Shown: positions 8,216 through 15,752 of the stretch, piece after piece
How positions within the stretch are numbered: position 1 is the first letter of the stretch
How the letters are laid out: every line of letters starts with the position of its first letter
Source: Octopus sinensis
Lineage: Eukaryota
Assembly: GCF_006345805.1 (NCBI RefSeq)
Contig: NW_021825402.1
Location: 1 to 15,752 of the forward strand
Direction of reading: 5' to 3'
Length of the DNA stretch: 15,752 nt
Position numbers and translations under genes: made by a program
The notes under the pieces: generated by a model
The model's database searches: none
What the model saw: the letters and a program-made list of their open reading frames with translations, nothing else
Told to the model about the DNA's origin: nothing

Positions 8216-8780
8216 AATTAATGGCTTTATTGTATTCACTAATTTCCTAAACGTTTCGTTCAGTTTTACCTCCGCCTCACACCCTATCATTCTCTCCTCT
8301 TTCTTTATATCTCTTTCTCTCTCTCTCTCTCAATCTCTCTCTCTCTCTTTCTATCTCTCTTACACACTTTGATGTCATTCTAGAAGTTATCTTGTATGTA
8401 TCATAAAAATTGTACAACGACACACAATTAACCAGTGCGTTAATTAATGAATTAATTAAGTTATTAACTATTTTAATAATGTTTTTCTTACATTCGACTT
8501 GAGGTCACGCATGTTTGTAAATGAGAGACTGTCGCAGTTCAGTCCAGTCATATATACGCTGACCTTCCCCCCACCCCGCATATATGAAGGATGGAGTAAT
8601 GTATTAGTGAAGGCAGTGCGGATGGTAGTGCTAATGGTATTGTTAGAGTAGAGTCATTATCACGCTAATATATTCACCACCAGCACCACTGCAATCACCA
8701 TCACCACCTCCACCATCGACGACAAAATATTATCAATACCATCACAACTCGCAACCACACTAATCGAAGACAATAATAAT

Positions 8781-8992
8781 CTTTACTACTATAGGCACAA
8801 GGCCTGAAATTTGGGGAACAGAGTAAGTCGATTACATCGACCCAAGTGCTCGACTGGTACTTATTTTATCGACCCCGAAAGGATCAAAGGCAAAGTCGTC
8901 CTCGGCGGAATTTGAACTCAGAACGTAACGGCAGACGAATTACTGCTAGGCATTTCGCCCGGCGTGCTAACGTTTCTGCCAGCTCGCTGCCT
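8781..8992 (-). mobile_element. Full-length, well-preserved tRNA-derived SINE
   Basis: Reverse complement begins AGGCAGCGAGCTGGCAGAAACGTTAGC, has B-box-like GAGTTCAAATTCCG, and ends GGCCTTGTGCCTATAGTAGTAAAGATTATT. Confidence 0.9.
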
Positions 8993-9022
8993 CCAAAGGA
9001 ACAGTAATATTAACAAAAATAA

Positions 9023-9265
9023 AGGCGGTGTGCTGACAGAAGCGTTAGCATGCCGGGCGAAATGCGAAGCGGTTTTTCGTCAGCCGTTACATTCTAATTT
9101 CAAATTCCGTCGAAGTCGACTTTGCCTTTCATCCTTCCGGAGTCGATTAAATAATTACCAGTTTCGCACTGGGGTCGATGTAATATGTAATCGACTTAAT
9201 CCCTTTATCTGTCTTTGTCCCCTCTTTGTTTAGCCCCCGGTGGGTAATAAAGAAATAAATAATAA
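9023..9265 (+). mobile_element. Full-length SINE of the same superfamily with a different 3' end
   Basis: Aligns to the reverse complement of 8824-8992 with ~27 mismatches in 169 nt by hand count, plus a 7-nt ATGTAAT duplication. Confidence 0.9.
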
Positions 9266-9337
9266 CAATAATGTTTGCGTGGCTGGTAATCCTACGCGCA
9301 ATAGTAATCTAATTTTCCATTAACCATTGTCTACCGT

Positions 9338-9570
9338 CACATGACTGTGTGATAAGAAGTTTGATTCCGAATCACATGGTTCGGGGTTCAGTCCCACTGG
9401 GTGCCAACCTTTGGAAACGGCTTCTACCATAGCCTTAGCCCGACCAAATCATTGTAAGTGGATTTGGAGGAAGGAAACTGAAAGAAGCCTGTCGCATGTG
9501 TCTGTGTGTGTATATGTATGTGTGCGTGTGTGTTTTTGTTTGTGTTTGTCTCCCACCACATATATATATA
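9338..9570 (+). mobile_element. tRNA-derived SINE, second family, with internal microsatellite, truncated
   Basis: GACTGTGTGATAAGAAG...GGGTTCAGTCCCACTG...GGAAACTGAAAGAAGCCTGTCG is the reverse complement of 14109-14266. Confidence 0.85.
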
Positions 9571-9677
9571 CTCACACACATATATATATATGTATTGTAT
9601 GTAAGTATGTTGTATTATGTATGTATTAATACATATATATATACACCTATATATATATTAATATATATATAAATGTA

Positions 9678-9722
<45 letters not shown>

Positions 9723-9830
9723 CACACACCCACATATATATATATATATATATAATATATATTTATATAGGTGTCGTGAAGCAAATAAAATAGAACACAA
9801 AACATGTGTATATGTATGGTGTGTGTGAGT

Positions 9831-9865
<35 letters not shown>
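9570..9865. repeat. (TA)n/(TG)n microsatellites
   Basis: Direct inspection. Confidence 0.95.
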
Positions 9866-10429
9866 ACTTGATATACTCCGATGTAGGCAATGCTTGGAAT
9901 AAAGCTGGCCTAATCATGAATGGTTTTAATTATCGGTCTACCGGTCAAGTCAAGACCAAGGCTTAAGCAAGAAACACGATTCAGTGGCTAAACGTCTAAA
10001 CGGTCGGTCAACACGCGAGAAAGAACAGCTAATATTTCCCTGAAAAAACTACCCTACATTATTAGAAAAATGAGGACACAATTTAGGTCTGTTGTCGCTG
10101 AATAAAGGGTCACGGATGGCACGTCTTGATCATGGGATTATTTAATCAATTTTGATTCGGGTGGAACAACAAATCCACCATGAAAAGAACACACAGAAAA
10201 AAGCAAAAAAAGAACAATTATAAACTGAAAAACCAAAAAGAAACAAACATAACAATAATAATAAATAAACGGGATTGAAAGAAGTAAAAAAACTCAGTGA
10301 CAGCTGGTTAATCCCTGACTTAAATGTCCGCTAATCCCTTAAACCAAATGATGTCCCTATTAAAGGAGTATGTCCCTCTTATCAATTTCACCTTGCATTG
10401 TAAAATTGGGCAAAGATGGCGTTATGAAA

Positions 10430-10839
10430 ATATTATTGTTGCTGTTGTTGTTGTTCTCGGTGGTGGTGGTGGGGGTGATGGCGGTGGTAGTAGTGGTTTG
10501 GAGGTAGTGTTGTAGTTGTTGTAGTTGTTGTTGGTGGTGATGGCGGTGGTGATGTTGGTCGTAGTGGTGGTGGTGGTGGTAATGCTGAATGCGTTGTTGA
10601 TGGTGGTTATGATTGTTGTTGTGGTGGTGGTCGTCATCGTGGTAGCAATGGAAATGGTGGTGGTATCGGCAGTGGCAATGGTGAGGGTGGTGATAATGGC
10701 GGTGTGGTTATAGCGGCGGTGGTGGTGGTGAGTTTGGAGTCTAGCATTTATGGTGGCCGCCGATCTTCCTAATGAAAATGTATCATGACTGGTGTTGTTT
10801 TTGTTGTTGTTGTTGCTGTTATTATTATTAATATTATTA

Positions 10840-10908
<69 letters not shown>

Positions 10909-11090
10909 TATTTATGTGCAGTGGTTGTTGTTGTTGTCATTGTTGTTATATTCTTATCTTTATTCGTGTAAATTGAGTTATGATGGTGATGTTGTTGTTG
11001 TTGTTGTTGCTGTTGGTGGTGGTGGTGGTGGTGGTGGTGGTGGTGGCGGCGGCGGTGGTGGCGGTGGTTGTGGTGGCGGTATTGGTGGTG
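10430..11090. repeat. Degenerate trinucleotide low-complexity region: (GTT)n, (GGT)n, (ATT)n
   Basis: Direct inspection; source of the poly-V/T/I/G ORFs. Confidence 0.95.
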
Positions 11091-11666
11091 GGGATTCTAG
11101 TGGAAGCCATGGAACGGTAAGGGGTGATGCATCTCATTGTCTTTATTCTTGTTGAGAGTCCTGGGTTTATGTAGAAGTATATAATGTCCGTGGCAGCGTG
11201 TGGAGACATAGAGAGACATAGAGAGAGAGGGGGGAGAGACTAAGGGAGAGAGCCTTAGAGTGGAAGAGAGAGAGAGAGATGGAGAGGGAGAAAGAAATAG
11301 ATAGATACACAGATAGACGGGTAGATAGATAAACCCGAGTTAAATGTGTCGACTGGACGCGATTATCGCCCACTCAATCTTGATCATTTCTACAATTGAA
11401 ACTAATTAAAAACAAACAATACTTCGCTAACGCCTCTGTAATTATATAATGAAATAAGGAGTTCAAAATGGGATTACAAAATGGGATGCGATTACAAAGA
11501 TGGCCGAATGTTGTGCATTAAACGATCTTAACTATGGAAGGAAATCGGAGATATAATTGAAATTTTTAAGATAATGGAACAAGGCTATGAGTTTAACTAT
11601 TTTAATTATGAAAGGAAGTCGGTGATATAACTGAAATAGTTAACAAGGTTCAGCGTAAAGTATAAA

Positions 11667-11887
11667 CCCTTTTGTTATCATATTTCTGTTGAGATCCTCT
11701 GTGTTTCTTTCAATTTATTTTAAATATAATAAAGAATTTAGTAAAATAACTTAGTTATCATTAAGCTAATGTTAGGAACATAAATTGTGACTAAGGTTTG
11801 TTGAAGGTTTTAATTCAGAACTTTTGAAGACAAGACAATTGTACTACAGAGTCAGACCCAGTTTCAGCCGGGTTGGTAATAAAGGCG
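11667..11887 (+). mobile_element. piggyBac-like MITE, copy 1
   Basis: (TAAA)CCCTTTTGTTATC...GGTAATAAAGGCG(TCAA); degenerate TIRs and TTAA flanks. Confidence 0.8.
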
Positions 11888-11918
11888 TCAAGAATTGTTT
11901 TTCTGTTATATATTTTAA

Positions 11919-12139
11919 CCCTTTCGTTACTATATTTATTTTGAGATGCTCTGTGTTTCTTTCAATTAATTTTAGATATTACAAAGAATTTAGTAAAATA
12001 ACTTAGTTATCATTAAGCTTATGTTAGGAATATAAAGTGTTACTAAGGCTTGGTGGAAGGTTTTAATTCAGAACTTTTGAAATCAAGACATTTGTACTCA
12101 GAGCCAGTGGCAGTTTCAGCTGGGTTGGAAACAAAAGGG
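11919..12139 (+). mobile_element. piggyBac-like MITE, copy 2
   Basis: (TTAA)CCCTTTCGTTAC...GGAAACAAAAGGG(TTAC). Confidence 0.85.
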
Positions 12140-12170
12140 TTACGAATTGTTTCTCTGTTATATATTTGAA

Positions 12171-12390
12171 CCATTTCGTCACTCTACTCATTAAAATGCT
12201 CTTTTTTTCTTTCAATTAATTCTAAATATAACAAAGAATTTACAAAAATAACTTAACTATCACTAAGTTATTGTTAGTAACATAAATTGCGACTAAGGTT
12301 TGGTGGAGTATTTTATTTCAGAACTTTTGAAAACAAGACACTTGTACTACAGAGCCAGACGCACTTTCAGCTGGGTTGGTATCGAAAGGG
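12171..12390 (+). mobile_element. piggyBac-like MITE, copy 3
   Basis: (TGAA)CCATTTCGTCAC...GGTATCGAAAGGG(TTAA). Confidence 0.85.
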
Positions 12391-13149
12391 TTAAACGATA
12401 TTAATTATGGAAGGAAATATCAGATATAATTGAACTATTAAAGATAATGAAACATGGTTCAGTGTTATGCTGAAACAATACGGGAGCAAAATTGAAATAT
12501 TTAAGATAATGAAACATAGCTAAGTGCTGTACATTTATCGACGTTAAGTGTGGAAGGATATCGGAGAAATGATTGAAATATTTATGTTAATGAAATATGT
12601 TTGGGTGTTTTGCGTTAAACTATGGTAGGTATGGAAGTAAATTGGAGACATAATTGAAATATATACAATAATGAAACAATATCAAGAAGATCTATAAAAT
12701 TTATGCATGAAAATAGAAATAATACTTTTAAGAAGTGGAATTTCCAAGGGTTACGACAGGTTCAATAAAATGTCATAAGCGGGGATGTGGGATGGGGGCG
12801 AAGCGAGGAGAAAGAAGAGGAGGAGGAGGGGGAAAAATTGGTTAGAAAGGAAATGTAGGAGAAGCGCACAGACGAAGCGGAAGATGGAGAGAGAGAGAGA
12901 GAGGAAGGAGGGAAAGAGGGGAGAGAGGGGGAGCGAGGGGGAGAAAAGAGAGAGGAGAAAAATCAAAGTAGAAAAAGCGATCGCAGGGAATTATTTTCGA
13001 TTTTTTTTTGTTTTTTGGTAATTTCAAATATTTTCAAAATATTTTCAGACAACATGGCCCCATCCTGCCCTGCTCCACCTTCATGCAATTCCATGTGTTT
13101 CAAGATGTCTTCACTTGTCTACACATATCTTTTAATGCATTTCGAATAA

Positions 13150-13314
13150 ATCTTTCATATATATTTATATACACACATACGCACATACCTACACATACAT
13201 GCAAATATATATACATACATATATATATATGTGTATGTGTGTGTGGTGTGTGTGTATGTATACATATGTGTGTATATAAACATCTCTTTCTATATGTATG
13301 TATATAAGCATGCA

Positions 13315-13368
<54 letters not shown>

Positions 13369-13570
13369 TACATATATACATAATATATATAAATATATAT
13401 GTGTTTGTGTTTTTTTTATGTATGTTTATTTTAAATATATGTATAAATACGTGTCTACATGTATATATATATTGTACTGTATATACATGCATTTATGTAT
13501 ATATACATATACATTAAATGTGTATATATAATATATACATATATACATGCAAACAGACAAACACACATAT
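13150..13570. repeat. (TA)n/(CA)n/(TG)n low-complexity region
   Basis: Direct inspection. Confidence 0.95.
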
Positions 13571-13869
13571 TAAATTTACACGTGGTAAATAAGCTTCCCA
13601 AAAAATTTCCACCATCTTCCACACACTCCCGACTCCTGTCTCTTCCCTCAAGTTCTTCTTCTTCCCGAACCCCCCCCCCCCCTGAATTCAACCCCACGAA
13701 GACATTTTTTTTTAAAATCCCCTTCGCAAGTTATTTCTCTCCTCCCTTTAACAATTCCACTTTCTACCATGTTTCCATTCATTTTCTTTATTTTTCTTCT
13801 TTAAACCACTTTTGTCCGGTTCCCCTTCATTCGAACTCGCTTCAATATTTGTATCATTCTTATTTATAT

Positions 13870-14266
13870 TCTTTTATTTGTTTATTTGTTTCAGTCATTT
13901 GACTGTGGCCATGCTGGGACACCGCCTTGAACGGATTTAGTCGAACAAATCGACCCCAGGACATTTTTTATTAAGCCTAGTACATCGGTTGTCATGCGAT
14001 GGTGAGAGGACAAACTCAGACACAAAGACACACACATAGATACACACACATACACACGCACGAACACACACACACACACATACACACGCACACATATATG
14101 CATATATACGACAGGCTTCTTTCAGTTTCCGTCAAACAAATCAACTCACAAGGCTTTGGTCAGCCCGAGGCTAAAGTGGAAGAGACTTGCCCAAGGTGCC
14201 ACGCAATGGGAATGAATACGAGACCGTGTGATTGCGAAGGGAGCTTCTTACCACACGGCCACACCG
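13870..14266 (-). mobile_element. Near full-length SINE, second family: tRNA-like head, internal (TG)n, internal deletion near 13983
   Basis: Head is complementary to 9338-9494, middle to 14694-14726 and 3' part to 4160-4235. The segment seen at 4116-4150 and 14727-14745 is absent. Confidence 0.9.
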
Positions 14267-14272
14267 AAACGG

Positions 14273-14502
14273 CACACCGTCGGTTACGACGACGAGTGTT
14301 GTTCCGGTTGATTTTATCAACAGGACAGCCTGCTCGTGAAATTAACGTGCAAGTGGCCGAGCACTATACAGACTTGTGTACCCTTTACGTAGTTCTCAAG
14401 GAGATTCAGCGTGGCATACAAGGTGACAAAAACTGACCCTTTTTGAAATACAGGCCCTGTCCATTTTTGCCACCTGAGTTAACTCTGGTGCAACGTAAAA
14501 TA
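14273..14502 (-). mobile_element. 5'-truncated SINE of a third family
   Basis: GGCACACCGTCGGTTACGACGACG...CAGCCTGCTCGTGAAATTAACGTGCAAGTGG...TTTTTGCCACCTGAG is recognised from memory as a recurrent octopus SINE body; no second copy in the window. Confidence 0.6.
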
Positions 14503-14617
14503 ATATATCGACGTAAAGTCCGGACAGTACGAAAAAGGCTAGCAGACCCACTTCGAAGTCCTTGTCACCACTCATCATCTAAAAGTAAAATGAATATGGT
14601 CCCTACAAAAGCTATTA

Positions 14618-14747
14618 GATTTGGTAGATGGAAACTGAAAGAAGCCCGTTCTATATTATATATATATATATGTATGTATGTATATGTGTCGGTGTTTGTC
14701 CTCCTACCATCGCTTGATAACCGATGCTGGTGTGTTTACGTCCCTGT
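14618..14747 (+). mobile_element. Internal fragment of a second-family SINE
   Basis: GATTTGGTAGATGGAAACTGAAAGAAGCCCG...GTTTGTCCTCCTACCATCGCTTGATAACCGATGCTGGTGTGTTTACGTCCC; complementary to 13983-14142. Confidence 0.85.
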
Positions 14748-14839
14748 ATGTAGTTGTGTATGTGTATGTGTTTGTGTGTGTGTTTATATTCCAAATTCAA
14801 AACGTTGAATAAGCAGATTTATCGATGAACTCACGAAAA

Positions 14840-14990
14840 CACAAACATAACATGTACACACATGCACACACACGCACACACACACATACACACACACGCA
14901 CACACACGCACACACACAAATATGCATACATATAGAGAGTGAGACAAAGAAATAGAAAGATAGACATACAGTCAGACAGACAGACACATA

Positions 14991-15054
<64 letters not shown>

Positions 15055-15061
15055 TATAGAT

Positions 15062-15107
<46 letters not shown>

Positions 15108-15118
15108 AGATAGATAGA

Positions 15119-15170
<52 letters not shown>

Positions 15171-15172
15171 GC
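14840..15172. repeat. (CA)n, (ACAG)n, (ATAG)n compound microsatellite; (TA)n at 15560-15752
   Basis: Direct inspection. Confidence 0.97.
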
Positions 15173-15707
15173 ATCCATGATTCTGTTTGCATGCGCGTGT
15201 GGAAATAAGCGTTTCCCACACAACAAAAACGACAACGGGTGTCCACAAGGATACCTCGTATACCTCGCGTGTAAACAACGTTCGAAATTAATCATATAAT
15301 TACCGGCTCATGCTTACACACACAGACACACACACACACACACATGTACATACACACACAAAGAGCCATACACATGCATAGCCTTACAAAAGCGCTTATG
15401 TGGTCGTGTTTGTGTGTATTCCTGTTTGAAAGTGCGTCTGAATAAACGTAGGTAAAATTTTGACATACGTCTATTTGTCTAATATCCGCTAGTCTATCAA
15501 CTACAAGCAAACCAATTAACACACCTTCAATTCACATGCACACCACACACCCACCTATAAACCCACAATACATCTATATAACATATAATATATACATATA
15601 TATTACTTGTATATATATTTTATGTATATATTCTATATATATATATATATATCTATATACTATATATATATGTATATATATATTGTAACATATATATATA
15701 CATATGT

Positions 15708-15752
<45 letters not shown>

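Larger units (their letters stand above)
11518..12690. repeat. Degenerate ~65-80 bp AT-rich minisatellite, 6 units, interrupted after unit 2 by the MITE trimer
   Basis: Units start near 11518, 11593, 12391, 12471, 12535 and 12615 and share TTAA..TATGGAAGGAAATCGGAGATATAATTGAAATATTTAAGATAATGAAACA. Confidence 0.85.

Noticed and set aside
8585-8760. Foldback between a GGT/AGT-rich segment and an ACC-rich segment
   Set aside because: Complementarity is only compositional between two low-complexity tracts.
8855-8992. tRNA genes in the SINE heads (also 9338-9400 and 14190-14266)
   Set aside because: A/B-box-like motifs are present but there is no cloverleaf, and they are fused to SINE bodies.
10422-10713. 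Mucin-like Thr-rich or hydrophobic Val-rich coding exon
   Set aside because: Degenerate (GGT/GTT)n repeat, open in several frames on both strands, with no splice support.
11667-12390. CRISPR-like repeat-spacer array
   Set aside because: Repeats are ~221 bp TIR elements, the spacers are near-identical rather than unique, the DNA is eukaryotic and there are no cas genes.
15206-15232. Su(H) paired site in the GTGTGGAAATAAGCGTTTCCCACAC hairpin
   Set aside because: Only one half is a CSL consensus, and the spacing is far shorter than canonical paired sites.

Overview
This is eukaryotic, repeat-saturated non-coding DNA, most likely an intron or intergenic stretch of a coleoid cephalopod (Octopus-like). 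That assignment is my inference from extreme microsatellite density plus SINE/MITE/LINE families I recognise from octopus genomes; no database search was run. I found no intact protein-coding gene, and almost all ORFs in the supplied track are translations of simple repeats. The window holds about a dozen SINE copies, three arranged as local inverted pairs, a hAT-type MITE, a LINE 3' end, an RTE-like 5' UTR fragment, a possible Penelope remnant and a possible pogo/Tigger (Jerky-like) HTH remnant missed by the ORF track. The three most interesting observations: (1) a minimal Penelope-type hammerhead ribozyme motif at 4423-4457; (2) a trimer of piggyBac-like MITEs with a constant non-host spacer, sitting at a single TTAA of a ~75 bp minisatellite (11663-12394); (3) a head-to-head SINE pair able to form a ~170 bp dsRNA stem (8824-9198).
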